From Octopus bimaculoides (taxonomy: Eukaryota): a stretch of DNA of 40,177 bases. The position numbers and the translations under genes were made by a program. The notes beneath the pieces are model-generated. The model made no database searches. It was given only the letters and a program-made list of their open reading frames with translations, and had not been told where the DNA came from. The stretch lies in NCBI RefSeq assembly GCF_001194135.2, contig NC_068981.1, positions 61,440,314 to 61,480,490 of the forward strand, given 5' to 3'. Below are positions 1 through 11,477 of the stretch, in pieces; position 1 is the stretch's first letter; the number at the start of each line of letters is the position of its first letter.

Positions 1-379
1 TATATATATATAAAATTATAATACAGGGTATCTAAGAGATACCGCCATGCTGAAAAATAGCAGTCAAAACCTGACTCAAAACCACAATAAATGTCCACAT
101 AGCACAAGGAGCGAAGACGAAGACAAAATAAAGCAGTAATTTTTACTGGCCTTGTGCCTAGTGTGGAAAAGTACACCATGATTTCTAAGTAAACTATGAA
201 GACATATGCAATGGAGTCACCTGTTTTCATGCCCTTCACGTTCTCAGATTTTGTTCATAAAGATCGTTAAAAGACAAATATTTGTTATCTTGAGTGATTT
301 TTTATCTTACTGTGACTAAATTATTCTCTTTGCGTTGTGGTAATACCGCTCAATAATTATCCAATGTGCATTTAATTGA

Positions 380-2290
380 TTCAACTCCAATATCGTGCGG
401 TACATTTGTATAAAATTCGGAATACATAACCGGCTTGAGCAGAAGGTCCACAATGTTACTCCGGCGGTGATTTTTGCGTCCTGGGTAGGTCTACATATTT
501 ACTCCAACGAGGATTTTTGAACACCGTTCCACTTCCAGATTATTGGGCAACGGCTATATCTGTTCTGTATCCAGTCATTTCCCATTTTCATTTTCTGAAC
601 ATTTCGCATGCCATGGAATATGTAAGATTTGCATTTAAAACTACTAAAATAGGAATATAACTTACCTTTTAATTCTATTCCATTCACGACTATTAATACC
701 CTAAGATTTCTCATTTTTATACATCGTAATGTTTTTGTTACTTTTCGTAGTACATATTGTCTTCTAAGACAAATAACCCAACGTTTAAGTTGAAATTCAG
801 TATCCATCACAGATGCAACAGTTCCATGATGGACTTCCTTAATTGTTAATACTGTGTCAATTTTTAATCTATTTTTGCCCAAGTTTCTTCTGTATGTTTA
901 ATCGTGCATGTACTAATATGAATAATTTAAAATTAATTCACTCAAGATATCTTGGATTTTGTTCCTATAATTGTTGATTCGGACATTTAATTGTGCATGT
1001 ACTAATATGAATAATTAAAATAAATTCACTGAAGGCATCAAGAATTTCGTTCATATAATATGATTGATTACAGTTGTTGCTGCCTCTGCTATCGATTCAT
1101 TATCATTATTTTTGTCAGAACGAGTCGTGATCATTTGCAAATTTCTGCGAATTTCGTCTTTAGTTTCATTGTCATTATGCCTTCGAGCAGGTGCATAAAA
1201 TATTTATAATTTATAAATTAATTCTTCAATTATTACAATTCAGTTAATTAATGTTTTTGGAATACAACCTTTTATTGTAGTTTACGGTATAGGTTTATTG
1301 TTCATGTTTCTATAGTATAGTATATTTGTGTTTCACGTCTCCATTTCCTATTTTTTTTCTCGAGAAGAATTGTGATTTTTTCAAGGTTTAGTATTGCAAG
1401 CTTTGTATGCCTTTTCTTCAGTTCTTCTATGCGTTTTTTTTTTTGGATTTGAAATCTAGGAGCCTGGCGCCATTTTCAGTTCAAAGTATAAGATTTTGAA
1501 TGGATCAAGGATGTTAACACGGGTAAATTTGTATTAATAACAAAAGAGGAAAATGCTTTCAGAATTTCTCATGAACAAAAGAGAACGAAAACATACTTTT
1601 ATGAAAATGTGCTAGAAGCTTTCATTGTTAAAACACCTTAATCATGCTAAAAGAAAGAGGAGAAATTAATTGAATTAAACTACATCATTCATAGTAGCAG
1701 ATTTGAAGGTTGATATGTTTCTCTTACAGAATTCTCATGGTGGGCGTTGTTGGTTTGCTGCTGATGACTGCCAAGTTCTTATATTACCGGAAGCTGTGTA
1801 ACCAATGGTACTCATTAATCTGCCCTTCTGGTAGGAGTAATTGTTGAGAATTAGTTCGATACTAAAACTGTAGATGTTAAGGGATATTTCATAAATATTA
1901 TGTCACTGTTGGCAATGATAGTAGAATCATTAGCACAAATGCTTGCATCAACATCACCAGCAGGAATTCTAGTATTAACAGCAACATTTTAAGTAATGGT
2001 TGTGGTTGTAGAAGTGGAAAAAATAGGTAACGTAGGTGCAGTAGCAACTGATTGTTACGTCCTTTAGAAATGGTTTAGGATAAATTGTCGTAGTAGTATT
2101 AGTATCAACACCAGAAGTAGAATTAGTAGTAGCACTAATAAGAAGAATATTCGCAATCCTATTTACTCCCAGAATAATAAATGAGGAAATAGTTTTGTTA
2201 TCAACAGTTTCTTTGTTCATGAAACTATATGGTTCGTGTTGCATTGCGTGATTCTTTGGGTAAGCGTCATCTACCATTACCTTATGCTGA
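380..2290 (-). pseudogene. Decayed coding-like relic of unknown origin (possibly TE or viral)
   Basis: The minus strand has several long protein-like stretches broken by stops and frameshifts. Examples: ORF 499-882, IEELKKRHTKLAILNLEKITILLEKK, FYAPARRHNDNETKDEIRRNLQM, and a Thr/Ser-rich part at ~1900-2200. No diagnostic motif was recognised. Confidence 0.3.
904..1070. repeat. Local tandem duplication, period 89 bp
   Basis: GTGCATGTACTAATATGAATAATT starts at 904 and again at 993, and looser similarity continues for about 70 bp. Confidence 0.8.
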
Positions 2291-2324
2291 GCAAAGAGTT
2301 GTGTATAGATTTGTTAGAAGGTAT

Positions 2325-2512
2325 ATATATATTTAAATATATATATATTTAAATATATATNNNNNNNNNNNNNNNNNNNNNNNNNNNNNNNNNNNNNNNN
2401 NNNNNNNNNNNNNNNNNNNNNNNNNNNNNNNNNNNNNNNNNNNNNNNNNNNNNNNNNNNNNNNNNNNNNNNNNNNNNNNNNNNNATATATAAATATATAC
2501 AAAAGCCCACAC

Positions 2513-2543
<31 letters not shown>

Positions 2544-2546
2544 AAT

Positions 2547-2605
<59 letters not shown>

Positions 2606-2615
2606 TGTATATATA
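2325..2615. repeat. Compound microsatellite (TA)n / N-gap / (CA)n / (TA)n / (GATA)n
   Basis: Read directly from the sequence; N-gap at 2361-2484. Confidence 0.95.
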
Positions 2616-2621
2616 TTCTGT

Positions 2622-2940
2622 GTCGTCTATGACGCAGAAGTTAGAGTAACACCTCAGACTAACGTAACTTAAAAGAATATTTACAACGGATTATATGAAT
2701 GTAATCCGGCACATCGTCGAAAGCGACGCCCTTAAGTCGGGTAGCGACATATGGTGTTTGAAGACCAACTACACACCACGTACAATTAAGTGGAGAGTCA
2801 TAGAGAAATCCATATCATATGAAAATGAGTCTAAATGTAACTAATGCAAATCTAAAAGATTGCATTCTGCCACACCACTTAACTCGAAATCCAAAAATTT
2901 CAGGAAATGCAAGCTTAGGAACAGATTTCTTTTGGCGATT
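2622..2940 (+). mobile_element. Penelope-like element relic, GIY-YIG endonuclease C-terminal region
   Basis: Translates, with one frameshift and stops, as VVYDAEV...KNIYNGL...ATPLS / DIWCLKTNYTPRTIKWRVIEKSISYENESKCN*CKSKRLHSATPLNSKSKNFRKCKLRNRFLL. This fits the Penelope pattern VIY.A.V..YIG..LS.YIW.LK..IKW.I..K..Y..C.LC..LN..SE..KC.H.NKFLL. Confidence 0.65.
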
Positions 2941-3985
2941 AACCAGGCGCCTCACAGATTTGGACTCTGCACAGATGAATTATCTTACAACTAGTACTTG
3001 CGAAGGGACGCAACTCTAATTTTATTGTTATTCATTCCTTTTGTTTTCTGTTTTCTATTCGTGCTTTGCCTTCTAATCCCGATTATTGCATCAACCTGCT
3101 TCTTGTATTTGTTTTCTTGTGGCCTCTCATGTACCAACGTCCTGATTTTCAAATTGAACTAACCGTGTACTCAGAGCACGAGGACCGCTTGGAGCTACAT
3201 GTGAATCATTCATCGAACTTCTGTCAAATGTCAAGCATGTTGGATTACAAACATGTGTGCATGTAGTTGTGTGTGTGCGTTTGTGTATGAGTGTGCATGA
3301 GTATGTGCGTGCGTGCCTCTGTGTGTATACATGAAACTTATTCCACAAAACATATAAATAATTCAATAAATAATGAAACATTCTTTTTAAAACTAATCTT
3401 TACATTTCTATTGCTATGAGGACTGTATATTCCTGACTGATATTCTACCAAGCTTTGTTGTGCTTCGCTATGATTATTGTGCGGATATTTTCAAAACTAA
3501 CTGTGGTTGGAAATCGTTTTTACCGTGATTTATTGACTGAAACTCAGTAAGCGTAAACTGGTGCCACTTATTCATGCATCTGGGTAAAAACTATGGCATT
3601 ATACCGCAGTGGACTATTAATCCATTGTTCAAATGCTGCGTCATTATTTCCTCGTGTATACTTGAATTTAGTTCACTTAGCAAGCAATACTACGAGGCAC
3701 TCAATCTTATAATGCTATATTCATTCTGCCAGTGTATATTACTTTTATGGAAGTTTCATTTCGAAGAACACGCTCTTTCTATTATATCTAATTGTTCTGT
3801 CGTAACATGGTTGGAAATAGTTGCTTGCCTTCACAATACGGTAAATAAGATCCTAACGACATGGAAATTCAAAAACGGATATCTATAATTTCACAGGATA
3901 AAATGTAAAGTAAAACTATGAATGTTGAAATTGTCCTTTCTCCTTAAGGCACGATATTTCATCCAAGCAGTACTTGACTGCTAGT

Positions 3986-4092
3986 AATGACTCCGAATGG
4001 ATAAAAGGCAAAACAGACCGTGGCGGTATTTGAACACGGAAGGTAAAGAATTTTGTGACGCGCGGTATTGATTCTGGCAGTTCACCGCCTTA
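3986..4092 (-). mobile_element. tRNA-derived SINE, 5' part
   Basis: The minus strand reads AAGGCGGTGAACTGCCAGAATC...GTTCAAATACCGCCACGGTCTGTTTTGCCTTTTATCC, homologous to the SINE at 20453. It includes a B-box-like GTTCAAAT. Confidence 0.7.
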
Positions 4093-6131
4093 TTTAAACT
4101 GATATAATAAAACTTTGATGAGACACCTAAGAAGAAAAACCGGAGAAGAATGAAAATTGTATAAATAAAATGCGTTTTCTTATATGAATGTGACAAACAG
4201 ACTAATTGAACAAAGAAACTGAAAAGAGTACTAACACGAAGAAAATTCTTAGAATGATCTAATTATACGAAACCTGAATTGTAGTGTGCCAACTTGTAAT
4301 ATTGCCTGTGTGTGTTATGCAAGAGAAAAACATGAAACGCTAATTATGTATTCATTATCATAGCACTTCAATCCTATCAGTTTTAACATGGTATTCAAAC
4401 TAATAATAATTTTTTTAAATGTTTGTTCACCACGAAAACAAATTAATCTGCCTTTTCTAAGGTGACCAGCTGCGCTGCATATAAGTTTCACTCTTGCACA
4501 AGGAGTCCAGCTAGGAAAATATGTTCTGGACATAATGAATATTTTGCAGATAAGATACATTTCATTTGTCATCTATGTTGATTTGTACGATTTCTAAATC
4601 TATGTTTACCGAAAGTTTGGGCCGCATTATTTGAAATGGTATATTAAATTCTGAGATAAATTCTTCGTATTTTTCTACTTGGCAGTCTATGGTCATTTGT
4701 CTCAGAATAAATAACATTTATTCGAATCCCCACCCTACCACCCAAATAAAGTGAACATAATATTTAGACGCAGAATGGAGGCTACAAAAAGCAATAAAGC
4801 ATTACAATAAATATATATTTCTTTTTGTGTTGATTCAAATAACAATGGAAGGGATTATAATAATTAAAGAAAAGAATTATCAGAACACTCTCAGATAGAA
4901 AAAGCGTATATTTTTAAAGCTACTCGTTTTCTTATATTCTCATCAATATCATCATAATGGAAGATTAAGCGATGGTCGGGTATATATAAGCATAATAGAC
5001 AAAGATTCTGAAGCAAAATGTATTTATTGCAGGGACAAGCAGTGACAAATGTGTCAAAATTACTACAGTCAATTTAGATGTAAATCTTAGTATTAAGGTT
5101 GTCCGCTCGGATCAAATCAAATTATGGCAACTGTCAAGATTGGACGGCTGCACAAACGCACTAGTTTACAAATTAAATATATTACAATTTCACGAAAACA
5201 TTAGAGACAATATTTGGTAGATCATTTTTGTTATTATTTCTGATGGAGTAGGAAAATTTTCCTTTTATTTTTCATCTCATGTAAATTACGAAAACGCAGA
5301 ATTATAAAAATACATAGCTAAAATTTCATGTATCAATATGACTCGCAAAAGAAAGTGATGAAATGACACATTGTTCACCACGTAGTGAGTATTACCTAAT
5401 GTTTCGCCAGGTGATATCATTCTACTGTACGTAGGCCATCGATTGATGCTGGATGTGGAGTTGTTGACTATGGGAAGTTGAAATTGAAGCTTCTCACAAG
5501 TGGAAAATGATCCTATGTTCATATTCATAATAATCTCACATGAACTGATAACCTGCTGACAGATGCATTATAGTTAAAGAGACGAGATAATATATTAATC
5601 TCTCGCATACAGGTTTTGTTATTGAAATCGATTCCTTTCGTTTTGAAAATATATTGAAATACAAGTAAAATATACCAGTTGATATTAGTGTCAAAATATA
5701 TCAGCAATGAATTGTCTTGGGAAATTTTAGTGATTAAAGTAAATACGTATAATGAACTCATTCCTCTTTATGTCTACCACACTATTTGTCAATTCATTTC
5801 TCTTTATGACTTAACCGTTTAACCATGACGTTAGGGTGATTGCTCATATTTTGTTAATAAATATTCTATTAATTCAATTTAATGACAACGTTTATTTATA
5901 ACACGTACACTAGAAACATGTCTGCAAAATTTCTCATCCACCACCTGTCTAGTGGAAAACGTTTTTCCTGTTATATACGCAGACAATTCAGAATATCACA
6001 GTTGAAATGGAAGAGGATAAATTGCATTCGATTCTCTCTACTCGGTTTCCAATATAGTATTACTAAACTGGTAACATCTATGTACTAAGACAGACGTAAT
6101 GGATTACGTCCTATAGATTCGGACGCATCCA

Positions 6132-6132
<1 letters not shown>

Positions 6133-6175
<43 letters not shown>
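6133..6175. repeat. (CA)n microsatellite
   Basis: Read directly from the sequence. Confidence 0.95.
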
Positions 6176-6177
<2 letters not shown>

Positions 6178-6234
6178 GACATACACAAACGCACAGACAC
6201 ACAAAATACGCACACACATACACAAGCACTTGCA

Positions 6235-6457
6235 TACGAGAGGGTGCTGAATGCTGAAAAGGTCAGGGCTTTAAGGGTATAGCGAAAGGCCTGATTGGAG
6301 ACCCAAAATTCAGAGTACTTTTACAGGATTTGGAAAAACTACAGGACTGCTGCAATACGTCTGTGAATCTGAGAAGTGAATATGTTGAATATAATCATAA
6401 TTAACTGATCACGCTTTATTTTCTTTTACCAAACCCAGAAATTTTTCGGTACACTAT
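6235..6457. mobile_element. Mariner-type MITE / internally deleted element
   Basis: The left end is TA-CGAGAGGGTGCTG..AAAAGGTCAGGGCTTT. The right end, read on the reverse strand, is AGTGTACCGAAAAATTTCTGGGTTT, an imperfect inverted match. The interior resembles a mariner-type repeat I recall from octopus, and there is no coding capacity. Confidence 0.5.
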
Positions 6458-6484
6458 GTGTATGTGTATTCATGTATTCATGTA

Positions 6485-6795
<311 letters not shown>

Positions 6796-6949
6796 ATAAT
6801 TTACAAGCTTATCGTAAAGACACGAAGACACGCAATCGAGATGAAAGCAGAACACCTGAACCAGCATGAGTACGCAGCTTCAAAATAATACTTTATTCCG
6901 ACGGAGAAATATCTCACTGATTGTTTTAGTTGTAAAATATAACATAGAG

Positions 6950-9125
6950 AACAACGTTACATATCAGAAGTATTTCAAAAAGAAACAAGGGACCCCAGAG
7001 TCTAAACTCCAAAATGAATCTGCTGAAAAAACTCACTCTTAGATTTGAAAAACTAAAATATAAACCTACAGCATATAAATGACATATTCGCCATTAATTA
7101 TTTGCCAGCGATAACGGATCAGTCTATCGCAGCTTCAATGCGAAAGGCTCAATCTCTGTAAAAGACACTCACACAGAGGTCAGATTCAATGTTACTGGTG
7201 ATTTGTACAGGAAACAAATGATGAATTCAATAAATGATATGTGTGCCTAAAATAACTGAGGCATGATTAATGCGAGCATGAGAGTAAAAGCAAAATAAAA
7301 TAGACTACGAATTACTGAAAACACTTCGGTAGATGTCAAACATGAAATATCCAGGACTGACCTCTAAGTTACTGGCTGCAGAATTTCACCTTTTATCAAT
7401 GATATCTCATACGATTGAATGGAGAAAGTGTAAAAGACACACAAAAAATAATTATCAATAGTTATCAACCATAAATACTCTCCTCATCTCCAGAAGTAGC
7501 CAAACAACCGTTTCAAGAAATTACTGACCAAGAGCCTGACAGAACATCTAGTACAATGTATCCAAATTATCCTTGCAGGCTCACTGTGCTATCAACATTA
7601 TAACAGATGAGCAATCAGGGGTTGTATATAACAGCTATTAATGGACGAAATGATTCAGGAAGATACAATTAAAATGGCAGGAACTTAAATGTAGTGCTGC
7701 TAGACGACCAGCGGGCCTTTGATAGTATAAAACATCGGTGGATTATGGAGGCTTTATAATCGGCCAAATTACTACAACCTCTAGTAACAGCTATTGAACG
7801 CCTGATCACTTTACTGCAATTTACCCTTTAACAGGGATAAGTACCAATTCGGTACTCATAGCATTCACGACTAAATAGATATCTCTCAAGGCGATTACCT
7901 AGCAATATTTCCCTTCGTCCTCTCATTAAACCCGCTGTCATATCTCCTCATAAACTAGAGTGGCCAAAAAATGCATCTCCAATATTTCCGATGTTGACGA
8001 CCTCAAACTTTAAGGGCCAAATATCAACCACACAAAAAATATGGAACTCATGACCCAATTTTCTACAGATATTGCAATGAAATTTTTAAATCCAAATGTG
8101 CATTTTGACGATAAAACGTGGAAAATTTCTACCCTCTTCTGAAAACCTAAACACGAACGGTTTGACGATACAATCTCTGTGAATATCAGATTAAATGGAC
8201 TCATAACAGGACCAGGAGAGAGTACCTGAGGAACATAAAGAGATTATGATCATCAGACCTCAATATATTACAAGAATATTGCTCACAACTCCTTTGCAGT
8301 GCCTGTCCTAACGACTATGTTTGGCCTTCTGAACTGGTAATTACAAGAAATCAATGAGATACATGTTCGAATTCGCAAGTTGCTTAGTGTTACAGAGAAC
8401 TTGAACATCAGTGGAAATATAGACAGACCATACTTCCCACGAAAGTAGTGTTACCGATCTCTCAAATCAGTATTGATGTCATATGAAACATGTATTATGA
8501 CACTGGGCCAGAGGAAACAGGCCGTTTACTATTTGCCCAATTCTATGACCAGGTAATCAATAACGTAATAAGGATAGCTAATGAAATTGAGGAGAGACAC
8601 CAACCCAATTATTGTCAAATGTGAGAGAATATCTCCCAGATATCATCTTCCCATGCGGGATGATGCAGTGGCTATTATAGTCTGGAACAGGATAACAAAC
8701 ACAAAACACCTACGGGGAAGTTTATTATATTGAGACCAACACATAAGAAACATAACCGGCCAGATATTATTGTGTGGTATCCCAGGGAAGGAAAAGGCCG
8801 CCTTCTGTACACCAATGTGGTTGCAAAAGAGAAAGAGAACACATATCGAACATTGATAAAGAGTTTGAAAATTCAATATCCAAATTATACTTTGAGCCTC
8901 ATATCAATTATCATTTCATCAGCAGAGAATGTACCAGCCAGTCTGGAGCAATGTTGAGCCGAGCTTGGCACTTGGGGATAGAATCCGAGATTCATATACT
9001 ACAAATGATAGTGATATCTGAAACTATACAAACGTGCAGCAGAATATTAGAGACATAAATGCTGATGAACAAACCAAGACGATTTCCATTACAACCTTGC
9101 AACCAAGCTGGTGGCAGGGAAAAAT
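6950..9125 (+). mobile_element. Decayed RLE-bearing non-LTR retrotransposon, R4/Dong-like (RT + restriction-like endonuclease)
   Basis: Ordered motifs: MKYPGLD (~7280), TLLI..NY*P (~7475), LLDDQRAFDSIKHRWI (~7700), QGDYLAIFPFVLSLNPLSYLL (7887), DVDDLKL (~7995), DIAMKF..KCA (~8070), RDDAVAIIVW (~8658), HNRPDIIV (~8755, PD of the RLE), K..TYR.L, and terminal LQMIVISETIQTCSRILET* (stop at 9058). Many stops and frameshifts. Confidence 0.85.
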
Positions 9126-10132
9126 AAAACTTATTCAAAATTGAAAAAATAGAGGGATTATATTAATACTTGCATATAAATGTTTGTTTTTAAATAGAGT
9201 TGTCATAAAGACAGTTTCTCATTAAGTGCAGGTCTATTGAATATTTATGTAGAGCATGTATATNNNNNNNNNNNNNNNNNNNNNNNNNNNNNNNNNNNNN
9301 NATATATATAACTTTTGTACTGTCCTATATAGCTTTGAAGTATCACCATACTTTAAGTTCATCGGATTATTTGGAATTTCGAATTCGATGTTGACACTAA
9401 TCTTCTTAAAGAATAATACTCAAGCATAACCACACACGCGCGCGGGCGCACATACACACAGAGACACACACATTCCTCAAATTCGTTTACGGGAAACGTT
9501 TTTGTGTACACACATAAAAACCTCTATGCTATTATGTAAAGCTACGGCATTTTATACACATTTTGTTTTGACGCGTCACCAACATCAAAACAAAATTTGC
9601 TCCCTTATCATGCAATATCTAAATTCATTAAAGATGCGCCTGCTCTTCCTAGGTGAAACCAATGATCTACGTTCTCCATCCCACCATGTGCACGCATAAA
9701 TATCAAAACAAGCCAAGCCTTATCGTACACACCTCCCTTTCCTCTAACATTAACATTCCTTTATCTTTTTCGGTTACTTTCTCCTCTTCCCTATCAATAG
9801 AGAACAGCTGTACAATTTAACTACTTAGTACTATCTAAAGAGTCCCATGTCCCTCCTGTTTATTGTCAAGATATATTTACACACTGCTAGATATATTTAC
9901 ACACAGGAGTGTCCATATACTCCAGTGGAATTTCTCATTGGTGAAAATTGATAAATATCCTTCAGTTGAAATTTGTTAATTTCACCTTCAATGCTATGTC
10001 ACCTGAAGAAATGAAATGCATTACCAAAGAATAGCCGCATTATCCATGGATATTACAACTTGTACTATAATCATCTCATGAATGTCGATTATATATGTGT
10101 ATATATGTGTGTGTGTATGTGTGTGCATGTAT

Positions 10133-10275
10133 ATATGACGGACTTATTTCACTTTCTGTCAACCAAATTCACTTACAAAGCTTTGGTCGACCCAAGGTTA
10201 TAGTACAAGACAACTGAGGAAGTTACCACACAGTGGGATTGAACCTAAAACCATTTGATTGGGAAGCAAACTTCT
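10133..10275 (-). mobile_element. tRNA-derived SINE, 5' half
   Basis: Homologous to 36440-36600 (CAAAGCTTTGGTCGACCCAAGG..CAGTGGGATTGAACC). The minus strand carries a B-box-like GGTTCAATCCC. Confidence 0.8.
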
Positions 10276-10283
10276 TGTATACA

Positions 10284-10284
<1 letters not shown>

Positions 10285-10326
<42 letters not shown>

Positions 10327-10370
10327 TATGTGTATGTATATATATATATACACGCTCTCTCTCTCTCTTT
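10285..10370. repeat. (TG)n/(TA)n/(TC)n microsatellite
   Basis: Read directly from the sequence. Confidence 0.95.
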
Positions 10371-10383
10371 CGTTTGTGCTCAT

Positions 10384-11470
10384 TTACTAAACCGTAAAAG
10401 AAACCCGAGAAATTTGTGACTGTGAAATGTTTTAATTTCATTATGTCAGAGATAAATTTTGATAAATTTGATAAAGTGAAATTCTTGGATGCACTTTGAC
10501 CACCACAGTCTATGGGTCGTTGCCATGCTTTCTGGTAGTGGGCGCATCCAGCACATAGAGCATGTAGGGCATGATATGTTCCATAAGGTGCCTCTCCTTT
10601 CTGGGTGTTCAAAACGGTCATACACTGTCAGTACACGGAGTGCATGAGAAGGTGTACAAAAGCCAATGGCACCTGTGCCCAAACCCTCTGGAAAGCTGCC
10701 TCCAATTCCTTAAGAATTGTCGGCCTTGGGACTACCTGTTTCAGCCGTTTCTGAATTTCCTGAACACGTGTTTAATGGGGTTAGGCCTGAGAGCCGCCCA
10801 CGGCATGTTTCTAACGTTGTGCTGACGCAGGAAATCCATGGTAACCCTGGCCATGTGGGAGAAAGCTACCCAATCATGATGCTTTTGGTATCCAACGGGC
10901 CTCTCTCCATGAAACATGCACCTTTTTAGCGTTCACTCCTCCGACGAACACCCTCTCTCTGCTATCCGATGGAGAAACGCAATACCGGCTCCTGTTCGGG
11001 AAGACTATCGACTTTCATTGTTAATGCTCTGAATGTCGGTACTGTGTAGCCCACTGTAGTCGTGCCTTACAGTGGCAAAGGTGAGAACAGGCCATCAAGC
11101 AGAGCGACAGAATCGCAGGTTGTTTGGTGACCAGTTTATGTCGTACCATGTCGTCGCTGATGGGTCGCCGTCCAGTGCTAATGGTCCCGCAAGCTGTCGT
11201 GCTGGCCGGTTTGAAGCAATCACGAAGATGTTGCAGGTTGATGAAGCGGTACTTCCTGTGCATGATCACTCGGGGCGCCTTCTGCGGTCACGGTCTGCAA
11301 TGCTGTTGGTGTTGTATCGCTGTTGCAGGTGATAAATGGTGTTCCCATGGACATTGTAAGCTTTCGCAACAACCAAGGCACTCTACCCTACTTGCAATCG
11401 GCCGATAGCTTATTCTCTTTGCACTGTTGGCAATCGGGTCATACCTGATGCGTCCAAATTACGAATTGAC
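10384..11470 (-). mobile_element. Tc1-family (DD34E-type) DNA transposon relic; transposase pseudogene ~11442 to ~10580
   Basis: From the ATG at 11442: MTRLPTVQRE*AIGRLQVG*SALVVAKAYNVH..TIYHLQQRY...RDRRRRP/R (HTH and GRPR region), HLRDCFKPA, ARLQWA, W.SIVF..SR (first-D region), PHMARVTMDFL, MPWAAL.PNPIKH (SPDLNPIEH motif), ELEAAFQRVWAQVP. The region around the second D appears deleted. There is a TIR-like end TACTAAACCGTAAAAGAAACCCG at ~10385. Confidence 0.9.
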
Positions 11471-11477
11471 ATTATAT

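Noticed and set aside
2858-2995. KCKLRNRFLLAINQAPHRFGL resembles the end of a HECT domain
   Set aside because: The upstream motifs (IW.LK, IKW.V..K, C..C, LN..K) fit a Penelope GIY-YIG C-terminus far better, and there is no HECT catalytic HTC motif.
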